Positions 50,301 through 61,559 of a stretch of DNA of 64,000 bases are shown here, in pieces (the stretch's first letter is position 1; each line of letters begins with the position of its first letter). Made by a program: the position numbers and the translations under genes. Source of the stretch: Paraphysomonas bandaiensis (lineage: Eukaryota > Protista > Chrysophyceae). The stretch lies in assembly GCA_965644295.1 (NCBI GenBank), contig CBFFRP010000182.1:271569-335568 (forward strand), written 5' to 3'. The notes below the pieces were generated by a model, which had not been told where the DNA came from, did no database searches, and worked only from the letters and a program-made list of their open reading frames with translations.

Positions 50301-53300
50301 ATTCCGAATCATGGATGACGATGGCAGCAAGGCGCTCAGTATGTCAGAGTTCAAGAAGGCCATGATGGAAATGAAAATTAACATTACGGAGAGGGAAATG
50401 CGGCAACTGTTTGATCATTTTGACCAAGATCAGAGTGGCGCCATTGATTTCGAGGAGTTCTTGCAAGGTGTAAGAGACCCTCTGAATGAGAGGAGACGGC
50501 GTTTGGTGAACATGGCATTTTCTAAACTTGACAAGCAAAACGATGGGTGTGTAGAGCCACAAGATATTGTGGATATGTACGATGCGAAGTGTCATCCCGA
50601 TGTCATATCAGGAAAATCGACGGAGACTGAAATTTTACAAGAGTTTCTTGACACATTTGATGTGGGCGAGGAGAAAGATGGAAAAGTTACTCGAAAGGAA
50701 TTTGAAAACTATTATACCAACATTGGTGCTAATATTGATAACGATGATTACTTCGAACTGATGATTCGTAACGCCTGGCATATAAGTGGTGGAGAGGGTT
50801 GGTCTGCGAACAGCGCAAATCGTCGTGTGCTTGTCACCCACGCTGACGGTCGGGAGTCTGTTGAGGAGATTAGAGACGATCTCGGCCTTAAGGCTGATGA
50901 TAAAGCTGGTATCACTGCTCGACTAAGGGCACAAGGTGTACATGCGTCAAGTGTTGAACTATTTAATCAATCTGATAATTTTGATGGTGAAGTGAAGAAC
51001 AAAGCTAAGAAATTTTTTCAAGTTAGATCAGGCACTACCACTGCACCGGTTGGTGTACTTCCTGGTACCGGAGCTCCTGCTTTTTCCAAAAAGTTTGTTG
51101 GATCGCCGAAGCAGAAAAAGAGCCGCTCGACAGACATTTCCAATTGTCCCGTGGCTGTTCAAACCATCATAAAGAAAATAAAAAGTGAAATGAAGAGTCG
51201 AGGAGCTCATGGTTTTGTTGGAATGCAGCGGCGATTTAGGAGCATGGATGACGATGGGAGCAAATCCCTAGATATGGCAGAATTCCGGAAAGCCATGAAA
51301 GAAATGAATATGGGTTTGCAGGAAGCGGATTTACGTAACTTATTCGTGCATTTTGATACGGATCAGAGTGGTACAATATCATTCGAAGAGTTTATTCAGG
51401 GTGTTCGTGACCCTTTGTCTGAACGACGCCTTGCACTTGTGCACATGGCTTTCAAGAAGCTGGATAAAGATAGATCCGGAATTGTGGATGCTGCTGATAT
51501 CGCTCATAGTTTTGACGCTAGCAAGCACCCGGAGGTGATTGCAGGAAGGATGACTCCTGAACAAGTGTTCCGCCAGTTTCTGGATACTTTCGATGTTGGA
51601 GGACAAGTAGATGGGAAAGTAACTCGTGAGGAATTTGAAAACTATTATACCAATATTGGTGCCAATATTGATAGCGATGATTACTTCGAACTGATGATTC
51701 GCAACGCCTGGCATATTAGTGGCGGAGAGGGTTGGTCTGCGAACAGTGCTAATCGCCGTGTGCTTGTTACTGATCGTGATGGTCGGGAGTCTGTACAAGA
51801 GATCAAGGACGACCTTGGTCTTAAGGCTGGTGACACGGCAGGAATGAGTTCAAGATTACGTGGCCAAGGAGTTGATGCCCATAATGTTAGTACCTATGGA
51901 TCTGTGGAGGATATAGACAAGAAGGACAGTAAGCATCATGCTCCTGTGAATCTCGGGCATCTAGCGAAGACCAAGAAAGCCGACCCTGGAAGATACGGGT
52001 CTACTGCAGGGGCTTCCACGCGAGCACAACCTGGTCTCATTGAGGAAACACTTCAACTGAGGAGAAGTGATGATCGTCCTGGCACCCGACGCCCTGTTGC
52101 GCGGGCAGAAATGGATTATGGATTGTCGAATATCATCCGTCAATTGAAAGCAGAGATGAAATCGAGAGGTGCTCATGGGTTCGTAGGATTGCAGAGGAAA
52201 TTCAGAATCATGGATGATGATGGAAGTAAGAGTCTATCCATGTCGGAGTTCAAGAAGGCCATGAAGGAAATGAGGCTGGCTATATCAGATGCAGAAATGC
52301 GAATGCTCTTCGAACATTTTGATGCCGATAGAAATGGTACTATCAATTTTGAAGAATTTATTCAAGGGGTTCGGGATCCTTTAAGTGACCGTCGTCGGCA
52401 ATTAGTGCATCTTGCTTTCGATCAAATGGACAAAGATGGGACTGGGTTGTTGGATGGAACTGACTTGATTGATACCTATGATGCGAGTCTACATCCTGAC
52501 GTAATTGCCGGTAAGAAAAGTGCTCATGATGTTCTTGAAGAGTTCTTGGACACATTTGATGTGGGTGGAGTTAAAGACGGAAAGGTAACTCGTGAGGAAT
52601 TTGAAAACTATTACACCAACATCGGTGCTAATATTGATAACGATGATTACTTCGAACTGATGATTCGTAACGCCTGGCATATAAGTGGCGGAGAGGGTTG
52701 GTCTGAGAACAGTGCTAATCGCCGTGTGCTTGTTACTGATCGTGATGGTCGGGAGTCTGTACAAGAGATCAAGGACGACCTTGGTCTTAAGGCTGGTGAT
52801 AAAGTTGGAATGATTGCCAAATTAAGGAAACAAGGCGTCCAGGCGTCCAGTATAAACTTGTATGGAAACTATGAAGATCCAAGGTATGCAGCTGCAGACT
52901 CACAACGCCCGTCCACATTCCGAGAATTGGTTGAACATGGAAGGGCAGGAAAAACATCTGCACAAGTTGCAATGGACAGACCATATGGGAAGAAGAAGTC
53001 TACCAATTCCAGAATATTTGAATCATCCATAAAGATTGGAGATGATGGCGGTAGTGATATACAGAGGCCAAAGTTGAAGGTATATTTCGCTTAACTCGTT
53101 GGGCTGTACTCACATATAAAATTAGGGTGGCATCGCTCGCACTCATGCGGCGTATGATTCTAATATGTCTGGCGCAGGCATCACGGTCGCTGATACGGTA
53201 CCTGACTTGTCTATATTAGTATTTACCTGACTGATGATGTTCCAGCGCGGTGAAAGGAAAGCCCCAGTGCATGTGCCCAGTGCATCATCACTTGCCACAG

Positions 53301-54233
53301 TTGCCTTGAAAAAGAATCGTGACGTCGCAACTCTTCTTTCCGAACTCCGATCTGAGCTTGCAAAGAGGGGTGCTCGAGGTATTGTTGGTCTTTCTAGAAA
53401 GTTTAGAATCATGGATGATAATGGAAATGGGACACTATCGTATGCGGAATTTAAGAAAGGGGTTCGGGAATGTTCTCTTGAGCTCTCTGAACAGGTACTT
53501 TGATATCCTGCTTGTGGTACTTTGAATAAATTTTTTTGAAGGACTATCGACTTCTCTTTGCACATTTCGATAAGGATGGAAGCGGAGATGTTGACTTCGA
53601 AGAACTACTTCATGGCATCAGGGTAAAGTTTAGTAATGAAATGAGTATTATATCACTTACTGTGCTACTAAGGGTGAAATGAACGAACGTCGCAAGACAC
53701 TTGTCGGAATGGCATTCTCAAAAATGGATAAAACTGGAGATGGAATAATTGATCCAGAGGATGTTATCGACACATATGATGCAAGCAAACATCCTGATGT
53801 GCTTGCCGGTAAGAAAACGTCTGATGAGGTACTTCGTGAGTTTTTGGATACGTTTGATGTGGGTGGAGAAAAAGATGGCAAAGTAACCCGAAACGAATTC
53901 ATGAACTACTACGCGAATGTTAGCTCATCAATTGACGATGATGATTACTTCGAGCTGATGATTCGCAACGCCTGGCATATTAGTGGCGGAGAGGGTTGGT
54001 CTGCGAACAGTGCTAATCGCCGTGTACTTGTCACTCACCGGGACGGACGGCAGACGGTGGAGGAGATCAAGGATGATCTCGGACTGAAAGCGGATGATAA
54101 GAACGGGATGATTGCTCGGCTGAAGGCACAGGGTCTTCATGCCGCTGATATAAGCTTGCATGACGGGATGGAGAGTAAGTCACACATTAAAGGGCCTTCC
54201 CCAACATATCGCTCGAGTTTTACAATTGCGTAG
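47305..54233 (+). CDS. Multi-module calcyphosin-like EF-hand calcium-binding protein (7 modules)
   Basis: ATG at 47305. Repeated module 'RGA.G..GL.RKFRIMDDDGSKSL...FDxDxSGxIDFEEF...KHPDV..GK..FLDTFDVG..DGKVT..EF..YY.N....D.DDYFELMIRNAWHISGGEGWSANSANRRVLVT' typical of calcyphosins; GT-AG introns. Confidence 0.85.
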
Positions 54234-54510
54234 TGCTACTACAACATACTTGCATATTGCAGTAAGATATACTTCCAGAAATGAAAATTTATTATCGTGC
54301 TTACGTAGAAAATATGCAATACGCGTGTAGGATGATATCAGTATATGCCTCAATAATAATAAGGGAAGGGCCTACATAATTAGTTGTTGAAATAAATAGC
54401 ATTAACAAAAAAGTGTGGCAATGAATCATATCAAGAATAGACCTGGGGCTTGCACGATGAATTTTAGAAAGCTCCAAGTATGAATAAAGATTGCTCAATA
54501 TTAAATATAT

Positions 54511-54657
54511 CAGGGCCTGGTAACCATTAATGGTAATGGCCATTAATAGTAATACCATTATAATTGACGGTAACCGGACTACCATTGATGGGCCATGAAT
54601 GGTATCCCATTAATGACCTGTACTGCTATATATAGAACTGAGTGTTTTTAAGATAAT
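54511..54657 (+). mobile_element. Left-end fragment of the same hAT family
   Basis: Starts cagggcctggtaacc and aligns with 35118-35268 through 'ctgctatatatagaactgagtgtt..agataat'. Confidence 0.7.
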
Positions 54658-54893
54658 ATTGTTGTCATCCCCGTATAGGAGATTGGCTGTCATTGGAGTG
54701 AAAGCTTGGCTTGATAGTATACAGCTGTATATTGCACTATACTGTGGATGTAAAGTATACAGGATATATACAGTGTAGTGAAGACAGCCAGCTACAGTAG
54801 GGTAACGGTATACCATTATACGGTGTATGATAACAATACTGTGTAGGATATGTAATATGTACAGTCCAATATGTACAGTGGATTGGTATAGAA

Positions 54894-55040
54894 CAGGGCC
54901 TGATAACCATTAATAGCCCATTAGTGGTAGTCCAGTTCCCTGGAATTATAATGGCCTTAATTAAAATTGTCCCGGCAATTATAATGGCATTACCATTAAT
55001 GGCCATTAATGCCATTACCATTAATTGTTACCAGGCCCTG
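54894..55040. mobile_element. 147-bp hAT-family MITE
   Basis: TIRs cagggcctgataac / gttaccaggccctg; flanks gtatagaa / gtgtggag match at only 5 of 8 (degenerate TSD). Confidence 0.65.
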
Positions 55041-55076
55041 GTGTGGAGTAAGGGCATATATATATGCCCAAGCGGT

Positions 55077-55554
55077 CCCTCAACAAAGTCGGACTCGCAC
55101 CTTTTCGTGATGTTCTGGGGGATAAGTACAGGAGAGATTCTCTCTGGGAAACTAACGTGAGCCGCAAACATAGTCAGCAGATATTCTTCTGCCCACTCAG
55201 AGCCGAATGCTTGTGTGGTACAAGGTACACCAATAAGTGTCACTTGTGTAGACGTCTTTGGGTCCTGACGAATAAACAGGCATCCGGAAATGGGCCCACC
55301 TGAAGGGTAACCGGGGTATTGGGCTGCCTGCTGAAGTCAAGCATCCGGGATGTTCACCTTAAGAACTCAGAACGGAAGTGGTTGCACCTTGGTGCTTGCG
55401 GCGACGCACAAGCAGCTTTCGTAGCGTTAAATAGTAGGATAATAGAGTTTGTACTGATTAGTTACAGGTAGAGGTCTAACTAGTTTGTCTTGCATTCATC
55501 TAGCTACTAAATCGGTGCAGGTTTTTAACGCCTATTGCTAAATAAAGACTTTCA
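55077..55554 (+). mobile_element. 5'-truncated non-LTR retroelement 3' end with 15-bp TSD
   Basis: TSD atatgcccaagcggt at 55062-55076 and 55555-55569; its 3' ~190 bp is homologous to the 29.3-29.8 kb copies; ends aataaagactttca. Confidence 0.7.
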
Positions 55555-55701
55555 ATATGCCCAAGCGGTGAGCTGTAGGTGTAGTCTGTGATAGAAGAAA
55601 TATTGGAATGCTAGTCATTATTATCACATATAACCTTTGATAAAACAAGTTAATAACACTATCGTTACTGTCAACTTGTGGCTTGTTATTACCTTACAAC
55701 A

Positions 55702-56800
55702 TTAACTTGTTCTCGATAGTATGTTATCTAAGCATGTCGCTCGAGCAGTGTGGTTACGACGACCGGAAGAGGAGATGTATATGGAGTGAAGGAGTGCTGT
55801 GTTTGAGTTTGAGGAGACTGTGGAAGAGGAATTGAAAAAGGCTAATTTCACGGGTATTGGAGAATACAGATCGCCAGCTGTTTGCTCCTGTTGTGGCCTC
55901 TTGGAGTGTTTATCGAATAAGGAGGCACCTGAGTACAAAATAATGACTATTCGAGTGATTCAACGGCGTAATAGGAGTGTAACAAATGCAAGTAATTCTT
56001 TGTTGGGGATTGGATTGACTTTTATGGATTCTTCTGGGTTGATTGGTTCAATGTACCAAGGTGGCATCAATATTCCTCCTGCTCTGGCTTTTCCTGGAAC
56101 GTTAGCTGCACCTTCATTGGGCGTTGAGAAGTCAATGACAGAGATTGGAATGCGTGGAAAGTGGTGATCTTCGAAACAGGATCTTACCTATCATGATTTT
56201 TGCGAATGTCCGGTTGTTGTCTGTGATCGTCAAACATAGAGGGAGGACGATCAAGAGGGCGATGTTATATTTAGTGAAGAATATGAGTTAGATCCAGTGG
56301 GGTATCGACAGAGTGTATGCAGCGGTTTGTTGGGGTAAATAAGAGTCAGAATCAATGGGAGGATGCATGCATGATGGCCCTTGTGGATTCAGGAGCAAAG
56401 TTTAACAGAAGCGCTATCCTCAAATTGTTGCTGCTGTGTTGAGGTTGAGAGTATATTTGAGTGTGGGATCGGCATGGAGATTTGGTTGTACGACAGCCGT
56501 ATATATTATTACTTGAGTGTGAATATAGTGTTCCGGAGGGTTCAGTAGATGACTCGAGATATGTATCAGGTGTTGGCAATTAAGAAAACGGTGCTTGTTG
56601 CCAGGAGTTACTGTTAATCCGTCAGTGATAGAGGAGGTGTATTTACATCAGATGTTTAGCATGTTTGCTACTAGTTAAGGGCAAACTATTCTGTTGCATC
56701 GAACGGTTGTTTGAGGGATTCATATTGTGATAGTTGGACATATGATTGGATTGGATTATATATATATATGTGTGGACATGTATGTGACTTGGCGGTGGAA
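55702..56800 (-). mobile_element. Decayed non-LTR element, probably CRE/RLE-type (C-terminal region)
   Basis: Broken minus-strand reading 'NNLRIALLL', a 'VDxTG'-like zinc-finger remnant and 'IDFSTPNEGAANVPGKA', reminiscent of RLE endonuclease ends. Boundaries approximate. Confidence 0.4.
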
Positions 56801-57218
56801 GAGTACAGTGATAAAATTAAGAAGAAGTTGCGTTTTAGTAGCGTGATGTTTTTGTAATCCTGTTTATGATTGTACCGGTACGTACCGGGAGTCCAGAGTC
56901 CTTAACTGCATGATGGATGCGACATGTTGCACCACCGTTGGCCAGTACAGGTATTACACCCTACGAGCATTCCATGTACTCTCAACACAGCAGTCACTCT
57001 GCGGTATGTGGCATATATACAGAGGGGCGGGTTTATATACTGAATAGTATCATACACGAACTCTGTCTGTGGGAATATGTCGATCCAGCAAAAAAATCCA
57101 GGCTTTTTTGATGCATGTTGTTTTTTGACGAATATATTTCAGAGAAATAACGAAAAAAGGTCGATTTTTCTGATATGTCCATATATACATACACACATAG
57201 CTCCATGTGACTGATCTA

Positions 57219-57369
57219 CGTATCGGCAGTCAGCATTATATTTTTCGGAAATATATTGAAGCAAAATTCGTTTATATTACTGAAGTACATCTACGGCTGG
57301 AATACAGATAATTTTTGACTCAATATTTGAGGCATATTGGAACAAAAATATACAAAGGATGCCGATACG
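57219..57369. mobile_element. Small MITE with TA target duplication (Tc1/mariner-like)
   Basis: TA|cgtatcggca ... tgccgatacg|TA. Confidence 0.45.
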
Positions 57370-57451
57370 TACATATACATATATATAGATATGAACTCAT
57401 CTCATAATCATCGTCTGCTGTATTGCCACTCTATCAGCCTCATATAAACAT

Positions 57452-59146
57452 ATGAATGAAATCACTCTATCTGATCTTAATGATGATGTTCTCCGTCTCA
57501 TCATCTCTATGATCCCACACGGAGCTCTTCTTCCTGTGGTCATGACTAGTAAAAGATTTCACGATATAGTCTACACTGATAAGAGCAGAGAGAGACTTGA
57601 GTCACATGCATCTCACTACTGTATGACCAACTCAATGGTCTCATGGGCTCTGGCTATGGGCTGCCCACACACCAAACTAATGAATACATGTGCACGATAC
57701 GGCAGACTACATCTGCTGGAGCATATCATGAGCCACATATACACACATACACATACACGGCACCCCACACACATATGGGGTAAGGATTTGTCTTGCAATC
57801 CTGCACTGAGTGCTGCTTATGGTGGACACTTGGATGTTTTGAAGTGGCTGCGTTCTCAGGAGCCTCCATGTCCATGGAGTGAATTTATTTGTCATATTGC
57901 TGCTGGTGGTGGACACTTAGATGTTTTGAAATGGCTTCGTTCACAGGACCCTCCATGTCCATGGGATGAATGGACTTGCAGGTTTGCAGCTTATGATGGA
58001 CACTTGGGTGTTCTGAAGTGGCTTCGTTCACAGGACCCTCCATGTCCATGGGATATCAACACTTGCAGCGCTGCAGCAAGTGGTGGACACTTGGATATTC
58101 TGCAGTGGTTTTGTTCACAGGACCCTCCATGTCCATGGAATGAATGGACTTGCAGGGCTGCTGCACATGGTGGATATTTGGATGTTGTGATGTGGCTTCG
58201 ATTTCAGGACCCTCCATGTCCATGGGATGAATGGACTTGCTGTGCAGCTGCACAGGGTGGACACTTGAATATACTGCGGTGGCTCCGTTCTCAGGATCCT
58301 CCATGTCCATGGGATGAAGGCACTTGCAGGGCTGCTGCACAGGATGGACACTTGAATATACTGCGGTGGCTTCGTTCTCAGGATCCTCCATGTCCATGGA
58401 ATGAATGGACTTGCAACGCTGCAGCAGAGTATGGACATTTGGATGTTTTGAAATGGCTTCGTTCACAGGACCCTCCATGTCCATGGGATGAAAGGACTTG
58501 CAACGCTGCAGCAGAGTATGGACATTTGGATGTTTTGAAATGGCTTCGTTCACAGGACCCTCCATGTCCATGGGATGAAAGGACTTGCAGCGCTGCAGCA
58601 AGGGGTGGACACTTGGATGTTCTGAAGTGGCTTCGTTCTCAGGAGTCTCCATGTCCTTGGGAAAAAGACAGTTGCTGGACAGTTGCAGGGGGTCGACACT
58701 TGAATATACTACAGTGGCTTCTTTCACACGACCCTCCATGTCGGTGGAATAAAAATAATTGCAGCGATGCAGCACTGAATGGACGCTTGGATATTCTGCA
58801 GTGGCTTCGTTCACAGGACCCTCCATGTCCATGGGATGAATGGGCTTGCGGTGTCGCTGCAGCAGAGTATGGACATTTGGATGTTTTGAAATGGCTTAGT
58901 TCTCATGACCCTCCATGTCCATGGGATGAATGGACTTGCAGCGCTGCAGCAAGGGGTGGACACTTGGATGTTCTAAAGTGGCTTCGTTCACAGGACCCTC
59001 CATGTCCATGGAATGAAGAAACTTGCAGTGCAGCTGCAGAGGGTAGACACTTGGATATTCTGATATGGCTTCGTTCTCAGGACCCTCCATGTCCATGGGA
59101 TGAATGGACTTGCGGTTTCGCTGCCACAGATGATGTTCACAGCTAA
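57452..59146 (+). CDS. F-box-like + 15 x 29-aa 'PPCPWD' ankyrin-like repeat protein
   Basis: Intronless 564-aa ORF. N-terminal 'LSDLNDDVLRLIISMI...LLPVVMTSKRFHDIV' is F-box-like; repeat GHLDVLKWLRSQDPPCPWDEWTCxAAAx is encoded by 87-nt units. Confidence 0.85.
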   Translation: MNEITLSDLNDDVLRLIISMIPHGALLPVVMTSKRFHDIVYTDKSRERLESHASHYCMTNSMVSWALAMGCPHTKLMNTCARYGRLHLLEHIMSHIYTHTHTRHPTHIWGKDLSCNPALSAAYGGHLDVLKWLRSQEPPCPWSEFICHIAAGGGHLDVLKWLRSQDPPCPWDEWTCRFAAYDGHLGVLKWLRSQDPPCPWDINTCSAAASGGHLDILQWFCSQDPPCPWNEWTCRAAAHGGYLDVVMWLRFQDPPCPWDEWTCCAAAQGGHLNILRWLRSQDPPCPWDEGTCRAAAQDGHLNILRWLRSQDPPCPWNEWTCNAAAEYGHLDVLKWLRSQDPPCPWDERTCNAAAEYGHLDVLKWLRSQDPPCPWDERTCSAAARGGHLDVLKWLRSQESPCPWEKDSCWTVAGGRHLNILQWLLSHDPPCRWNKNNCSDAALNGRLDILQWLRSQDPPCPWDEWACGVAAAEYGHLDVLKWLSSHDPPCPWDEWTCSAAARGGHLDVLKWLRSQDPPCPWNEETCSAAAEGRHLDILIWLRSQDPPCPWDEWTCGFAATDDVHS

Positions 59147-61021
59147 TGTCGCTTCCGTTGCAGGACATGTCATGTTTATATGCAGAAATATTACAATCTA
59201 AGAGTTTTCGCGTGTAGCGGATGAGCCATTGCCTTTAATTTGAATCCAATCACGTGTATGACATCTCATATCAAGAACATGTTGTAGTATATTATGCAAT
59301 CAACTATATTGATATCCGTGCAGGATGTAGTTGTATAGTAATAATAGCGAAACTATGTTCAATTTCGCAAAGTTTTCTGAGCATTAGACAACAAAGTATG
59401 CATTGCAAAACATTTATAGACTTATTAATATACATGATATTAATCAGGACACACACAGCGTCGATGAAATGCATATTCTATTAAATCAATTTGTTCAGGT
59501 GTAGTCAAATTAACCATCACCCAGCTGGTGGTCTATTCCAGCAGGTTCCATGCCGTTAATTTCATCTTGTAAAATTTTCAATTAACTGGAGTTCTTTAGT
59601 TTTATACACGAACTGTATATTGAACTACAACCAACTCCTAAGTTTGGTAAAGCCAATCGCTAGTAGTTATCCTGTATTCTATGTAGCAATGAAATACAGA
59701 ATATACCTGACTACAGTATAGGAGTAGCTATTACAAGTATACAAAGAAACTGAAAATATAGTATCTATTAAAGATATGATTAGTGGAACAGAATGTTGAT
59801 GTTGGTGAATGACGTGGTTCCTAACTCACAGTGCTACAACATCATAAACTTACTATATATCTCCTATAATATCAATCAGTCAATATTGCACTAACTAAAA
59901 GCTTAAATTAATATGGAAGCGGATGGGAATTTCACGAATGTCGCCTCAGGCTCAAAGGTACCTCCCTTTTCGAGGAACTGAACTTCAAGAAATTCAAGAA
60001 GTTCTTCACCTCATTCCTCATGAGACACAATCGAGTTCATCTTGTCCTCTCAAAGGATAAACCAAGGCACATTCATGATCTAGACTCTACAGTCCCAGCG
60101 GGTGCTCATTTGACTGATGCACAGAAGAAGAGACTACGCAAAGCGAAGAAACTCTGGAACACCCGGAACGAGACCGCGTACTCCTTCCCGATGGAAGTGT
60201 GCAATGCTCACCCAAAAGCAGGCACAACAGCGGCTCTCTACGAAGAAAGTACAGCAAAAGGGTTACTACAGACACTCTGGCAGACAGAGAGATTTCTCAA
60301 TGTTGAAAAGAATACAGTACAGGCAGAGGTCACAAAGTTCTATTCAATGAAGATTACCTCAAGTCAGTCAGGAGCAGAGTTTGTCGACAGCGTTGAAGCC
60401 CAGGCCAAAATTCTCGAGAATCTAGGTCGTGAAGTCACGGAAGACGACAAGCTCACTCGACTAAAGGAAGGTCTCACAAACAAGAGATATTCCCAACTAG
60501 CACACAGCCTGTATACAGCAAACGATGTGACATACGCAAGAGCAAGCAGCCTAATCAAAGGGTATGAAAACACATCATTCGGCAAGCATGCGTTGCAAAA
60601 TTCAGGGGAAGACAGTGTCAATCAAGCAGTGGATGACAGTAAATGGAAAGAGCACAAGAGAAAGGGCAGATGCAATAAGTGCAAGAAATTTGGCCACTTT
60701 TTGCTAGGGAGTGCAAGACTCCAGAACATGTCATAAAGAGGATGAAGGGGACAAGATCACAGAGAAAAGATGGAGATCACAGAAACAGGGGTGATAACAA
60801 AACTAAGCTACCTGTGTGTGAGATATGTGACATCCCAGGCCATCAGACTAGAGACTGCTTCCACTTGAAGACTGCTAAAGCTGCAGTGGTCAGTTCTAAA
60901 CGGGGGCGAGACTCTAGAAGGGAAACGGCACCCTACAAGAATAAGAAAAACCGCGAGTGTCTGTACATGATTCAGAAGATGAAGCGGGATATGAATCGAT
61001 GATATGTATGTGTGGAAGAAG

Positions 61022-61559
61022 AAGCAACCTTAAGACAAACGTGGGAAAAATGTTCAAATTTGGGACTTTTGATTGAAAGCTATATGTTCTACGAGTAATT
61101 TTAATGTTAATTTGTCCCGAAATGTTATTCGAGTATGTAGTTTGCAAGAAGTTTTCATAATTATCGTATGATATTTTAATAAAATATATGATATATTCAT
61201 TATTTATAAGTAGTTACCGTGGGGCTAGTACGTTTTTCCATAACTTTTGGGGCTGAACCTACTGCACTCTAGTATCTTTTCATTCATAAGGTACAATTTC
61301 TACTTCATAACTAGCACAAGTTTTATTGACTCTTTCATGACGTTAGCAGCTTCCCTTCCATTCCTTCAGCTACTTCACCGACTATGAACTCTATATCATA
61401 TTTTCCATTCTTGTATTCTAATACGGCACCATTAATATTGTGAATTTTCTGATCTTTTCACCTATATTTCATAGAAGTGTTCGTGCCCACTACTATTCTC
61501 AGCACTACTATCGCCACAAGTTTCAAAAAAAATTTCCCACGTTTGTCTTAAGGTTGCTT
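61022..61559. mobile_element. 538-bp MITE (27-bp TIR, 3-bp TSD aag; PIF/Harbinger-like) inserted in Copia-2
   Basis: aagcaaccttaagacaaacgtgggaaa / tttcccacgtttgtcttaaggttgctt; excision restores EEEENLAHSMSDVIYLDSG. Confidence 0.8.

Noticed and set aside
48411-54161. Repeated minus-strand ORFs over the calcyphosin gene
   Set aside because: Antisense shadows of the repeated sense-strand coding modules.
55799-56167. 122-aa + strand ORF
   Set aside because: Likely the antisense of a decayed retroelement; no motif.
57820-59130. Regular 87-bp repeat with variable segments (CRISPR-like look) and repetitive antisense ORFs 58056-58832 etc.
   Set aside because: The units are in-frame protein repeats with homologous 'spacers' and there are no cas genes; the antisense ORFs are shadows.
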